Below are positions 37,601 to 51,278 of a stretch of 64,000 nucleotides of DNA, piece by piece. The position numbers were made by a program, and so were the translations under genes. The stretch comes from Phoronis australis. Its lineage: Eukaryota > Animalia > Phoronida. Positions within the stretch are counted from its first letter, which is position 1. Each line of letters opens with the position of its first letter. The notes under the pieces were generated by a model. The model did not search any database. It saw nothing but the letters and a program-made list of their open reading frames with translations, and had not been told where the DNA came from. Where the stretch lies: the NCBI GenBank assembly GCA_002633005.1, contig NMRA01000031.1:897553-961552 (forward strand). The letters are read 5' to 3'.

Positions 37601-40378
37601 CCAATGACAACCGGAGATTCACCGACCCGACGGCCTAAAAGCAGAGTTCAATCGCCAATCGTTCTTGCCAGTTTGCATCAGTCACCTGACCTGGTCACTT
37701 GAATCTTGCGTTGCGAATTGGTGAAAAAACGGGTGAATAAAAACGTTTAAGTGATCAAGAATCTTTCACGTTGTATAATGCCATATTTACCACAAGAGAT
37801 AGTAAGTAAGAATTTTCCAACGTGGCAAAAATCTGAGCCGAACCGCCAGTCGTTCTTGTTTGTTTAGATTTAGAATAGAACTAGTTCGGTTTGGTGACGT
37901 GACAAAATATCTTAATAAAACTTGCCAGTTCCAAACAGGAAACACGAAAAAGAAGCAACAATTAGATAAAAGAAGCTAATTCATTTTGACATATTTCTAA
38001 GCAACATTATATCAAACGTTCGCAGGTAAAGTTCATCAAAATAAAACCCGTATTACCAGACCGTCACCTTATGGTCCACCATCTTTATTACGTTTGCAGA
38101 CGAAAGCGTTCGGTACTTTCCGTAAGCAGGTACGAAAAACAGCTGCAGTTATTTGACCTGCAGACGATTTTTCAGGCATCCTGGCACACAACTGCGGCAC
38201 TGTACTCTGAACAGTTTCTTTTCAGGTTTCACTTACAAGCTAAGAGTTAAATGGCCCTAGCTTTGATAATTTTGATTCCAGGTTTTGAAGCTATAAGCAC
38301 AAAAAATGCTTGCCTGTATAGTACGCCGGCCCGGGAGCCTAGTGTTTTACAAACTCATGCATCAAAAGTTGTTCATGAAAATGTACCTCATGCAGACACT
38401 GCCATTCCCAAGTTTCGTTACTGAATTAATGTACATAAGGGACCGCCAGTAGCCCTATTAGTGCGGCCAATAAACTATGAGTCGATTAAACCTTGCATAT
38501 TCTATCATCTGAGCCCCTTTAGCTGGGGTCTATTTAGAATGAGCCCATTGATAAAGCAAATAAACTGTGGTGGATCACTGTCTTTTATTTATTCACAAAC
38601 TATCGGCAACGTTGTTAGTCATCGGTGAGCATCACGGGAACAAGTAAATGCCGCACCGCGCCGGGTAGGAAATAATGCTGTTCGTGGAACCTGTTTTAGT
38701 GTTGAATAGCGTCCTCTGTAGGCCATAAATAACACCAGCACAGAAATCAGCTGGCTTGTGTGAGAGAGAAGTGGATTTGTCCTGCTCGTCACAACACTTA
38801 GCTTGAATTTAACGTATGTTTTGCTGGACGTTTATAAAAGTCCACGCCAACATCGTCAAGTAAGTAGACGGTCATTGCTATTGCTCCAGTTCCATTCATA
38901 TGCTTGGTATTCGTGACGATTTGTCCAAAATCTCCTTGGACTTGATTCGAGTCTTTCATCGGTAGGCTTATCTGGCGGGACATTCAATCATTCCATCGGC
39001 CTACCGAATGGAAGCTGGCTGGTCAATCAGTATACAGTGACCACAGTCTCTAGCTGACTCAAGAGACAGTGATCACTGTCTAGTCAGTCAAATGTCCATC
39101 ATCCTGATTTGCAAGCCATTTAGTCCTTGATAAAGGAACTCAAACGTGGTCATCTGGTGAAGTTGAATGCTTATCAGAATAAAGTTTATTTTTTGTAGAA
39201 TTTGACTGTAGGCCTATAATTATTGTTGACAGTGGTTCATTTTGCTTATTCTCATCAGTTTAGTCATGGTTGGTGTGCATTTCTTTTTAGAAATTAATAA
39301 TATTTATTTCTAGTTTAAAGGACTTTGTAGCAGAAGCTTTTTGAATGGTCTAAAAATAAATAAATGTAATTTCTTAATACTGTGACTCGGAATTCCATTA
39401 AGATCTAATGTATTCAGTGGGTAAGTTTGGGTAAGAAATGGCTGATGGTATTCATTTGAAACTTTGCACTGCTCTTAAAATGGATATTAGTAACTGTTTT
39501 TAAAATGTTCCAATTATGCAAAAATGAGACTTTTGTGATTTCTTTGAAAAATCGAGAGTTGAATCAAATGAAAACGAAATGATAATTTAGAAAACTAGCA
39601 ATGTTTTTGAGATTTCTTCTTTAACATTTATAGCAAAGAAAATTTTGTTTAGTTATTGATACTTAAATTTTCTTGTTTGTAATATACCTTTGTCTTTTTA
39701 CTAAAATTTACTACAACAAAGGGACATAGCGCATCACCCAATTAATAGCAGATCTGTATAAAGTCAGAAATCCAATTCTACAGGGTTTCTACTTTCGGAA
39801 AATATAATATACCTTTACTAAGCTAAAATCTAGTTTGTTTTGTAGACATGTGACTGAGTACACGTAGTAGATATGGTTCCACCTAATCTTAATCATAATG
39901 TCTGACACAGCTTCTACTCATTGACTACTTTAATATTTCATTTCAACCTTTTTAGCTGGCTAAAACCAAAATCGAATTAGACCTACTCTTGCGAAATTGA
40001 TCTCATAACATTCGGATGTTAGGATTTCATTTCCACCATGCAGGCATTGGTACATTTGCTATTTTCAAATTAGCAATTTTAGGGTTGGCCAAACCCAATA
40101 AGTCTGCTCAAAGCATTTTCTTGAGTCACTGATGGTATCGATGATCTAGTTGGTAATAGAAATAAATTGAACCAATTTTATGAACGCAAAAATCTAATTT
40201 GTTTTTATCTTGGCTGAACCGGGCAAAATCCAACTTTAATTTTTAAGGAAATGTGCATGTTTTAAAGAGAATTTTCTGCTTTGATTTTCATACTGGTATT
40301 TGGGAATAATATGTGTTTTATGGTAATTTCAATATTTTAAAGCAATTTTCCATCCTACTTGTAATATCTGTCCAAAGT

Positions 40379-40543
40379 ATGGGACGGATCCAGGATTTTT
40401 TAAAGGGGGAGGGACTGGATCAAGGACTTTTTAAAAGGGGGGTGAGACGACTGAGTCAACAATTTGAAAACTGTAGATTTCATTCACTAAAATCAAGGGA
40501 AAAGGGGTGTCCGGACCCCTTGACCTCCCCTGGATCCGCCTAT
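40379..40543. mobile_element. Short MITE with GGCGGATCCAGG-type termini
   Basis: GGACGGATCCAGG ... CCTGGATCCGCC inverted ends around a G/C-run interior. Confidence 0.65.
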
Positions 40544-43500
40544 GAAGTATCATTTTGTTTCTAAACCAACTTGCAATTAAGGAAGTTCTGTTACCACTCC
40601 CTATCACACCTCTCTCAGCCTTGACCTTATCAAACTCAATCCACCTGCACTGGAAGCACACACATGATGGCCAGTACCGTTACCGGTTAATAGGTGCTCT
40701 ACAAAAGCATTTTCGGGCACGAAAAATAATATACTGGTTTAACTGATTAAAATTTAATAAAAATCCAATGTTATTGTGTCCACACAATGATATGAAGAAA
40801 AATCCAATAAAATATTTTATGGTTTTTTTATAGTAATTTATGCCATTGGGGCAAATACATTACCAGTTCTTGTTGCAACACGCTTTTGTTGGCCATTCAT
40901 TCATTTAGTATCAAGCACTGCACTCATTGTAGCAATCCAGGCTAATGTTTAATTTCTCCCGTGGCGGATAACTGTATTATGTCTTGATTTTGAATTTTAA
41001 ATATTTCGCTTGTGATTCTCACACGGAGTTCTAACTAGGTCAATTAAGTCAAAAATTCAAATTTCTAGCTGTCAAACTGGCACGGTAGCAGGGGTGAATC
41101 TTTGCTTGAAGCAATCAATGAACTCTGTTCAGTGAACTTCACTCCACCTGTTGACATGAGTGTTTAGGAATGATAACTAACTGTAAACAAACATTCTCAT
41201 CAGTCATCTAGGATGGAATCCACTATCTCTGCAGTAGCAGCCACCGCGCGCTGCCACTGAGCCAAACCCTCATAGTAAGGAGTGGAGTATTTCAAGCATG
41301 TTTACGGTAAATTGTAAGGATACCAGCCCTGTGTTCAGTGAAAGTCTGGCAGACAATAGCGAGAATTGGTGATTTGTAATCACAATCACAAAAACGAGTT
41401 TTGTTGTTTTATAGTTCTGGTCAAAGCTAAATTTCAAAAAATCTATACCATTCAACAGTTATCCCAAAAATGTGTTTTTCTTCCGTAAGAACCATTAGTG
41501 TGTCTTCAAAGAACCAAAACAAAGTATTTCACTAAAAAACAAACCAAAGCAATAGTTTCTATGGTGGTGCTGCATGGGGGCTTTATAGTCATGGCACACT
41601 TGGAAATGTTCATAATTCAATTTGGAAATACGATTCCTATCTTCCTCTGGCTGAAAATATGAAACAAGCTCTTTTTATTACATCTGTTGTTACATAGGTG
41701 GCTGTGAACAATTGACAATATCATGATGGAGGTGTTCTGACCTCTGTTTGAATATACGACTTTGACCTTTTAAGTTTGACAGAAATTATACATTTGTGAT
41801 TTTTAAGTGGACGTTATTGCCTGAGTGAGAGGACGGCAAAGTTCGTTTATTCATTCACTATTCTGGCTAGCTTTGGTCTCCCGCTAATGTGCTTGCTTGA
41901 GAGTGAATTGTCTGAGAGAAGCTGAAGTTTACTAGATAATACGGTGTTCTCCTTTCAGGTGTTCTCCTTTCACGTGTTTAAACAAGGTGCTACACCAGTT
42001 TTGAAATTCTTTCCACCATGTTTGAAAAGCTCTGAGCCATGTCTGAAAAGCTCTGAAACATGCTTGGAAAACCAGGATTTTCACTGCTTTTAAGCCGAAT
42101 TGTTGAAGTGATGTTTCAGAGTGGTACATTTTTATTTTCTTGTTCTAGAAAATGATACTGACACGCTCAGCAAATGAAAATAATGTGCAACTATATTAGA
42201 TTTTGTGAATTAAGGAAAGTAAGATTATTATTTAAGAACAGTTTGCACTTTGTTTGAATTTTTGTTCTTTGAGAACCCTGAAACATCTTGCAGTATTTGC
42301 ACCACCAATGCTTCCCATAATGCACTGCTCAGGTGACTCCTCTCTCTCTCTCTGTCCTCATGAAGGTCAAGTGCTTGCGAAGGTCTTCAGTATTACCTAG
42401 GCATGCGTCTACTGCCAGTTATCAGCAATATCGTAGTATATGTCTGTCTCACCAAACTGATGATATGGTCAGGTTATCTGTTAGGGCCTGGCTGCCTATA
42501 ACTTAAGGTATTGGGGCACCATATGAGTGACAAGGGAATTTTTATAAATTTTCATTTTTTCATAAAAAATGTATAGCACCAAATTACAGCTTTTCCATAT
42601 TCAGGTTCTACGCTGGAGCTAGCACCAGACAATAGTTGTAAAATTACGATCATACAGAAATATTAGAAAGCCTTGTAAATTGAAGATAAGGCAATTTAGG
42701 CAATTAGTGTTGCGGGAAGTTGCTGAGATTTTATCACGTGTGCTTGGTGAAAATATTGAAATCACCCCGTCTCATCACATCAACAGTGTTGAGCAATGCA
42801 TTTCACCGTCTTTCAACAATCAAAGCCTCTCCAGTGGATAAAAGTTTAAAAGGTACAATGAATTTGTTCCTTCGGCTAATAAAACAACTGTTGATTCAGG
42901 CCATGAATGTTGTATAAGCCATCCCACCTTGTTCTGTAGTATGTGCTCAGATTAGAAATGCTTTCAAGTCTCGAAAAGAATGACAGTTTGTTAATTCTCC
43001 AGATTGTGTTCAGTTGCTTGTCACAGAGGGGAGGGGGAGCTAGTGTCAGCCACTAATTGCAGGCACTTTAATTGGCAATGGATTTCAATTTAATTCAAAT
43101 GAGGAATACTGACATTGCTTTAGAAGAGCAGACAAATATGCCTGAAAAGAAAATTGTTTTTCACACCAGACCAGACCATAGCTTACATGGTTGTAAAGAT
43201 TTATGCAACTCAGTTCTGATATTTAAAACCTGAGTGTTGAAATTAATAGTCAGTATAGTTATAAAGCACCTGAACCACATATTGACTATATTGTAAAGAT
43301 CCATTAGATCTTAGGCTTGTGTGAAACATTATATAAACCTTGAAATATGCCATTTATTATTGACTTAACAAATAATTAAGAAGGATTTCATAAAGGGAGT
43401 ATGTATAATGTTAATAGTAGTGTCAATTGATTTCACACATATTATCAACAAATTTGTTTTTATCAATAACAACAGCTGATGCAGCCAGACTCGTGGAGTC

Positions 43501-46500
43501 AAGCTGACCACGAGTGCGCGATGTCTGTCTGTCTGTCTGTATGCAATGAGCAGAGAATATCACACCTTCAAAGAATAACAATTTGAAATTCTTAGAAGAA
43601 AATAATCAAATGTCATAGCTAATTTATGATAGGAATTAGCTAATTTATGATAGGAATTTCATCAAATCTTTTCAAAACTGTAGTTCCAAGATTTCTTGGC
43701 TGCTGATAAGGCTAAGACTTGTGGACTTTAGCAATGTCAACAGACAGTCCTGCAAGTGGTCCCAAAACAAACAGTGTTTAAAGCTAGATTGATACAAGGA
43801 CCACTTGGTCACAGTGGTACATTGTGGAGTGGGCCTCCAAATTCCTTGTGGCCAATTGAAAACAGGCCAGCGCTGCTCAGATATGGACAATTAATCAATA
43901 CTTGGGATTTGATGAGTGTAGAAATGGCTTTATGTTGACAGGTTCTTATCATAGGAGAAGATCGTTATTTGATATAGCCAGGTGGGTGTGTGGTGTAACT
44001 TGACATGGTTATAATCTAACCTCCAGCTGTAGGATTAAAGTAGTATTTCAAATTACCAACAGCAGTTATGGGTTTTTAACCCTTAGTTTTCATGTAGTCA
44101 TTCTGTGCCCAGCCAGTTTCTGCTTTGGATTTGCTGTCAGAAGATTGAGAGACATAAGTAAGTAAGTAAAATTAGGCTTTGTTCTTTTAAGATTAAGAAT
44201 GTCACCCAAATGATTTTATCTTTCTGTGACCCTATGAAATACATTAACACAAAAATGCGATTAATTTTGCTGAAATTAATGAATGAGTTGAAATACTAGG
44301 CTTATAATTTCATGATTTGCTTGTATTCTTTTATTCAATGCACTGACCACCAGTGGCCTAAACAAGACAATATATACATTGATTGTAGGTACAAATAACA
44401 TGGTAATCCATTGATCTTAGAATAACACTTGTTTACCCCCTTGCTCCAATATTTGCCAATATTCTCTTTGTTCACCATTTATTCAAGATATTCTGTTAAA
44501 CCCTTTGAGTTTGATGGCTAAGTATGCCTCAGAACTTTTGATTAAAATTCCAATTTGGAACCTGTAGTATTATGTCCTTCAGTTCAGTTTCAATAAGCTA
44601 GCTACTATAAGTGATTGAACATAATAACCAACACATACCAATATGTAAACCTTTTGTTCAGTTCAACTCTGTGGGGTTCAACTAAATTGTGTACACAGTC
44701 CCCAGCATGTCATTCTAACAGGCATTCTGCATCAATAACAGGCAAAGAGTTTTTCAATAGATCAAACCAACCATTAGTCTTTAGCAAAGCTGATCTGCTT
44801 GGTGTAAGTTTTTTACTCTACAACTGAAGGTGTATTCATTACTCGTTTACTCTCGCCGCTTATTCTTGGAAGTAAATACACCAGGGTTTATGAATTATTG
44901 ATCAACCGTAACATTAGTTTCACCATGTTGCCTTTAAGTTTGTGGACATTACAATGTATAATCCTGCGTTGGCTTTTTGGACACTTTGTTATGCGAAAGT
45001 GGAAGGTGATGGCTTCGCGTGTGTACGGTAATGCTCCCGTCTTTTTGCACAGTTAAGATTATTTGAAAAAATATTTTCTCTAGCTTATTTTGTCCAGGAC
45101 AACTTGTTGGAATTTCTTGCCTCACTGCACCCAGTCAGTTTTGCATTTCAGAAAATATCAACACGTCAAGCCCAGTCATTAAGTCTAGTGATGTATTCCT
45201 CTTTTACTGTGGTCTCAACAAAATGTTGAATATAGTATTTCTTCATGTCATTTTTATGACATTGAAACATAAGTTAGATGTGAACCTGGATCTTCTTGTT
45301 CAGCTAGCTATAGTCGTCTGGAGTTCTAGATCTTTTTGGTAGAAATGTTTCATAATAGCAAAAAAATGCATCAATGTTCTCCGCACCTATATTCACACAT
45401 TGTGCTGTATCATGCTTGAAATGCTTTGCATCATACTTGGAAATCTTGATTATCATTTGGAAAGCCAGAAATTGAAGACAAGTGATTGAAATAGTTTTGC
45501 ATAGTGGTACTTACCGGTATTTTTATTGTATTGCAGTGAAAACGGCAGTGACATTCTTAGAAAGTGAAAATAATGTGAAGCCAACTGTTGCTTTTCTGAA
45601 TTAACAGAAGGGAAATCAGGTTGGAAAACATGATGCAGAATTTACACCATGTTTGAGGTTTTGCTCATGGAGAACCCTGTTTATGCAGCCCTGGGTATAG
45701 AATCATTTGAATGTCCCTGTAAACAACCCAAAGGTTATTGAACTAACAGGCCACATTAACTCTTTTGGTACAGCTGTACCGACTAAACAATAATTAGGAC
45801 TACCTTTTTGGTGATACATACACCTGAACTGTTTGGGCTTGTGATTGAAGTATTGCTAATACAGCTGAAGAGTTCCATAGGTTGATTTTTATTCAATGGC
45901 CTTGACAAAAGGAGTTGTGTGGTTATTGAGTTCCTCCATTTGTAATTACTAGTTACTGAAGTCAAAGTAACACCACCTCCCACTCACCACCCCCACACCC
46001 ACACCCCCACCCCTATCCCCTACCCCAAGTTACGTTGATGCTGACTTGTCGGTGTTATGCACAAGCTGTTTTTACATGAGGAGTTTGGCCGACTTACGTA
46101 GAGTTTGAAGTATTTAGAAATTAGTAATTTCTTAAACAAATTGAAGCATTTTAGGCTTTTGGTGCCAGTTCAGTGCATTTATTGCAAGACTTAACACAAA
46201 ATCTCGCCACAGTATAAACGCAGACTTTTGAACACGTACATTGAAATTTCAATGGAGTTTGTATTTGCAAAACACTGCTTGTTACCAACTGGTCACTGTA
46301 ACATTCCCTTATCATCAGTTGCAATTTGCCTCTGGCTTGTTCCCACATCATAGTAGCACCCCCTACTGTCTGCTTACTTAACAATTTGACAGGGGAATAA
46401 AGGGACAGTTTTATACCAACCCCACCAAGCAGACACTGCTAGAGTAAATTAGTTCAGGACAGCCTTTTATTTGAACTATGAACTGTACTCTGGTGTTAAA

Positions 46501-46862
46501 AACATCAGCTTACTTTCTCTTGTGTCTATTTGCTCTTCCAAAACATCGTCGTTGCTTTTTTCCCTTATGTCAGTTGAAATTGGTTATGAGAAATTATTTG
46601 GAATTGCTACGACAGCCGTATTGCATTGGCGACTGAAATGACACGCAACTTAATAGATCTGGTCTGATGCAATAATAACCTGTCAGTTCTTGTCAAGCCC
46701 AGAAGTTGTTTCTAATCTGAGTTCAACAAAATGAGACCAATTTTATAATCTTGACAAAGTGGCCAAAATCAAAAGTAGGTTTATGACAAAAGGTGTGGAT
46801 TTGTAGCTCTTTTATAAGTGTCAACACCTCCTTTGGATACTTAATGTATAAGACGATAAGAG

Positions 46863-47170
46863 ATACGAAATTTAAAATCAACGCATATGTAAACAGTGAC
46901 ATATTAATAGACGTTTCGGTTTATTGTCACTAAACCATTCTCCCCTCCCCTCCCCTCCTCCACCCCCCTTCTCCCCCCCCCCTCCTCCCCCCTCCTTGTC
47001 CCTCTCCCCTCTCAATACATTTTGACGTGTACCTGTGTAGACTGTTTTCCACCTGTGTTACCTGACTGGAATATTGTGAACATCTGTCTTGAGGAGGGTT
47101 TAGTGACAATAAACGGAAACGACTCTTAATATGTCGTTGTTTACATATGTGCTGATTTTAAAGTTCGTAT
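46863..47170. mobile_element. Inverted repeat (~75-bp arms) resembling a Penelope-like element pseudo-LTR with degenerate hammerhead motif
   Basis: Arms 46863-46937 and 47096-47170; TTGAGGA-GGGTTTA-GTGACAA-TAAACG-GAAA-CGAC on +, GGTTTA-GTGACAA-TAAACC-GAAA-CGTC on -. Confidence 0.55.
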
Positions 47171-48102
47171 TTTGGCCAATAACAAATGATAAGAGATAAA
47201 TTTAATGTTAAAATTCACTTTGTTCATCTCAAGAGCTTCAATAGATCTGTTGCCATAAAATCACTGTAGACTAATTATAAAGTTGGTAATTCAGCTAATT
47301 AAATTTTATTTCGCTCCTGCCTGACTTTTCTAATGTGTTAACTTTTAGCATGGGTAGTTTTTAACATTTGCCAAATATTTCTTTGACACTCAAAGTGAGA
47401 TTGCGGGCCGGTTTTAGCCTTTAAATAAATGTACTTGAGTTTCACACATGCCACCACCAACCACATAATGATGTGAAAAGGTATAAATTAATTTATCACC
47501 TGAAAGGTTAAAAAGAAGAGCAAGAATTAAGAAATATTTTATCATACAACTTGGACTATCTCACCAACACATTTTGGTGTTTTGCTGATGACGAGCTCAT
47601 GGCTGTGTTTTCTGGAGTCTTTTTAGCTGATTGGGTGGTCGTCAAATGCTGTGTGTTAACGGATTCCTAAACTAATCAATAAAAAGGTTAAACTGAAAGT
47701 GTAAAGCATTCTTTGTGTACAAATCCCAAATATTCAGCGTTTGTACAAGTATGTTGGTCCTGTTGAATACTGTTGAGATGTGTGTCCCCTTAATTTTGTA
47801 CCTGAATTTTGCAGTGTTTAACTTGATAAAAAATGAAAATTGAATTACGACTTTTTGCCTCATATAATTGGGCTCTAATTATTCCTACCCATGGGAAACT
47901 AGGTCGCAAGCTCCTCGCATAGATATCAATAGATAGACAAATCCATTGATAACTTTGTTTTTCTTTCCTATAATAAAGATAATAGCAAGCATTTATCGAG
48001 TAATGGGGTGATGTGCACCCATAAATGCTTTAGTTTTGTTGCCTTTCAATTCTGCGGAAGAATACTAAAACAAAATTCATCTACTTTAATTTTGTGCTCA
48101 CG

Positions 48103-48643
48103 CTTGCTGGTTCCCTGCCAGGGGGTCGAGGACACATATCATTTAACTTTCTTCGGGTATTTTTTTACACTTTTTACACCAACGTTTCTCAACAGATAGC
48201 GCTTTACGTAAACAATCTGGCATGGCTGATGGAGGAAGTGTAAAATGTGGATATAGTTTGTGGTGTGTTGTATAGACAAATTGGTGCTTAATTTGGAGAT
48301 ATTCAAGAAATCTGAATTGAAAAGTTGTGGTTGCAGTTCGCTGTGCATTTTCTACTGTCACTGACTTTTGTTTACTGTATTCACACAGTATGAATAACAC
48401 ACCGGTGAAATCGGCCAGATGTGAGCGCATATTATATTTGCTGAGCACACGGCTATTAAACATTACTGCATGAACAAAACATTTACTGTCTCACCATTTG
48501 CATGACAATTAAAAATCGTTCAGTCTGCCATTTTTTTCTTTGTTGTCTGCCGAAGTAATACATTAACCAGTGATAAAACGCGTGCTACTAAATGATACCT
48601 TTGTGTCCTCTGCCCCGTAGTGGACACACAGGGAACCAGCGAG
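48103..48643. mobile_element. Non-autonomous TIR element with 9-bp TSD (Mutator/MULE-like)
   Basis: TIR CT(T/C)GCTGGTTCCCTG; GTGCTCACG duplicated at 48094-48102 and 48644-48652. Confidence 0.75.
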
Positions 48644-50771
48644 GTGCTCACGCTGAGTTCATCATTACAATTACGAGTGGATATTTTCATAACTGATTGT
48701 TATGCAGGTAATGGATCTGGCATTGCCTTCCAAGGACACATGGTTGTTGTGTCTTTTCAATACTGAGGTTTTCAAGCTGTAGTGCGTTTGGACAATTGTT
48801 TTTTTAAAGTCTCGCAACAACATTCTTGTATAGACCCCTGACCAATACCTGACTCTCGAAATCGATTGTGTAGTAGGCCTCTCATGACGGTTTGTTTGCA
48901 ATGTATTACACAGATTTTATGACAGTAAATGGCCTAATTCAATTTTCTTTTTTGTCGGGGTGGGCAGGGGAAAGCTTAAAGTGCAGAATTTGTGAAGTTG
49001 CCTTGTTCATTGTAAACCCATCATCATTGGCTCAGCTGGCTTTATCCCTATTGATCTACTGCAGTCAATATCATGACGAGACTGTCACCATGGTTATCCT
49101 GTGACTGAAGTCTGTAATGAGCTGAAAATGTCTCTGTGTATTAGAGTTACCTGATTACTACCATAGATACTTGATTTACTGAATACTTCTAGTCTCTTTG
49201 TGCTCCTGTTTCAATATGATACTCACTACTTTCATTCAGTTTGTTATTTCATATGCCTGAACAGGTTTATGTCATGGTTTGATTTTGTATAAAAATCTGA
49301 CTGTGTTGTATTTGCTTAAGCAATAATGAAGGTTTTGTTAGTTGTCTTGGTGATAACATGTACTGTCTTCCATGTATCTTATCATCTTGCTTTGCCTGCT
49401 ACTTTCATCTCTTTTTCTCAAAGGCCTGGCACAGATGAACAACTACAAGCTTAGACCACTGTTTTTAAGGCAAGCAGTTCATGTCTGCACCAAATGAACA
49501 GAAAGATTTTCTTCCACCTACATGGTTGATTTCATGCCTCGGCTTGTTTTCATTCTTCTCACTATGTGGGTGAGGTGAGCTGCAAAACTGTTGCTTTTTA
49601 AGGCCTTTGCATTCTAACGCTGACGCATTGGTGTTTTGGGGAGTTGGTTCAGTATGAACAGTTAACTTCGGTCCCAGATTGAAGTTAACAGAGCCAGTTA
49701 ACTTCGCAGTAAACAGTTGAATTTAACCGAGGAGCAGTGTAATAAGAGCGGTGCAGTGTGCCTGTAGCATAATTGTATATTATATTATGGGGCAAAATTT
49801 GCCCACTTTGTTCTGTGACAACTGAACAGGCTGTGTGAACCAGGCTATCAAGGAAATAAAACCTTAGCCTTTATATTTGTTGAGTTATTTGACAAATTAA
49901 AATTCACTTTTATTACGATATTGTACCCTGCTTTCCAATTCTTCACATTTTGTAATTAATTGTCAAACTTGAATCAAACTTCTGAGGACTGGCAAAGGCC
50001 ATCTGCAGAGCATTAGTTTGTTTCAAAGATTTAAGTGTCGACATGAATATCCATTAAGAGTCAAAATCAAAGATAAGTATCATTTTCAAAGAGATTTGTA
50101 TATATCAATGAAAATCATATCATGTGCATTTTCAATGTGGCAAATGTGCATTGTGTAACATCACAAAATGTGTCTGGAGATTTCAATACTGGTATTGGTA
50201 TTGAGCTTTATTTTGCATCTAGAGATTAGGTTTCATTGTAACTCATTGACAGAATCTTAAGTAGAGGATTATTTATAACATGCAGTTCTCATTCATAATA
50301 TTGTGTGGATGTGAATCCCATCCATGTTCTCATGGATCTCGGAACCTGACTAATGCAGTGTAGTGAACACCCAACCACCTTACATATGTATCTGCAGTTG
50401 TGTTTGTGACAATATCACCACCATGGCCTACCTATTGATTGACTATGTCCTGTTCAAATTAACATCATTTCCTTTGTAAATGGTTAATCCACCATCACAT
50501 ATAGCCACTACTGTTACTGTAGAACTCCAGCATTGATTTGCTAACTCAAGAGGATTAAGGAATTCCAGACACTCGATTACCCTGGTCAATAATTTGCTAT
50601 CTCTTTGATTGAAGTATTTAATGAAGGTTTTATGGCAAACCTTCATGTTCAGTCAATTAATGTATAATTAAAAGCAACAATTAACCCTACAGATGTGATA
50701 CACCTTTTTGTTATCTTGATTAATTAACCAGTTGTAAGATACAGGTGTGTGTGTTTATTGTGACTGTCTAA

Positions 50772-51278
50772 AGGGCCTTTCATATTAACGTCGACGCGTC
50801 AATGGTTTGGGGAGTTGCGGTCAGTATGAACGCTTAAATCCGGTCCTGGATCACAGTTAACAGCTCGAGTTAACATCGCAGTTAACAGGTGGATTTAAGA
50901 CCACAGCGTCGACGCTGCGGTACAGTATGAACGCTTAACTCCGGTCCAATCAAAGTTATCGCCAGGTGCCACTGTTATCGTCAACAGTTAAAAGGTAGTG
51001 TCGTCACTATTAGCTGCTTATATTTTGATCTAATAATAACCAGTCGATTTTAAAATAAGTTTAATGTCACTTAGCACATGTAAATATTTCCAAATTGAAA
51101 CATTGAAAAAAATCTTAGCGTGCAATGCTACCTTGCGATAACTTCGATGACGACAGCGGCACCAATCGTTTACTTTGATGTTCATTAACTACCGAAGCCA
51201 GTATAAACGGTCCAGTTAACTGCTCTGTTTACATGAACGTTCCCCTCAGACCGGAGTTAAGTCAATATGAAAGGGCCT
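50772..51278. mobile_element. PIF/Harbinger-like MITE; degenerate partial relative at ~49600-49730
   Basis: 18-bp TIR AGG(G/C)CCTTTCATATT(A/G)AC; TAA TSD; internal CAGTATGAACG/GTTAAC subrepeats shared with 49600-49730. Confidence 0.75.

Noticed and set aside
38640-38983. Coding-looking minus-strand segment upstream of ICA1
   Set aside because: Stops in all frames and no recognisable domain
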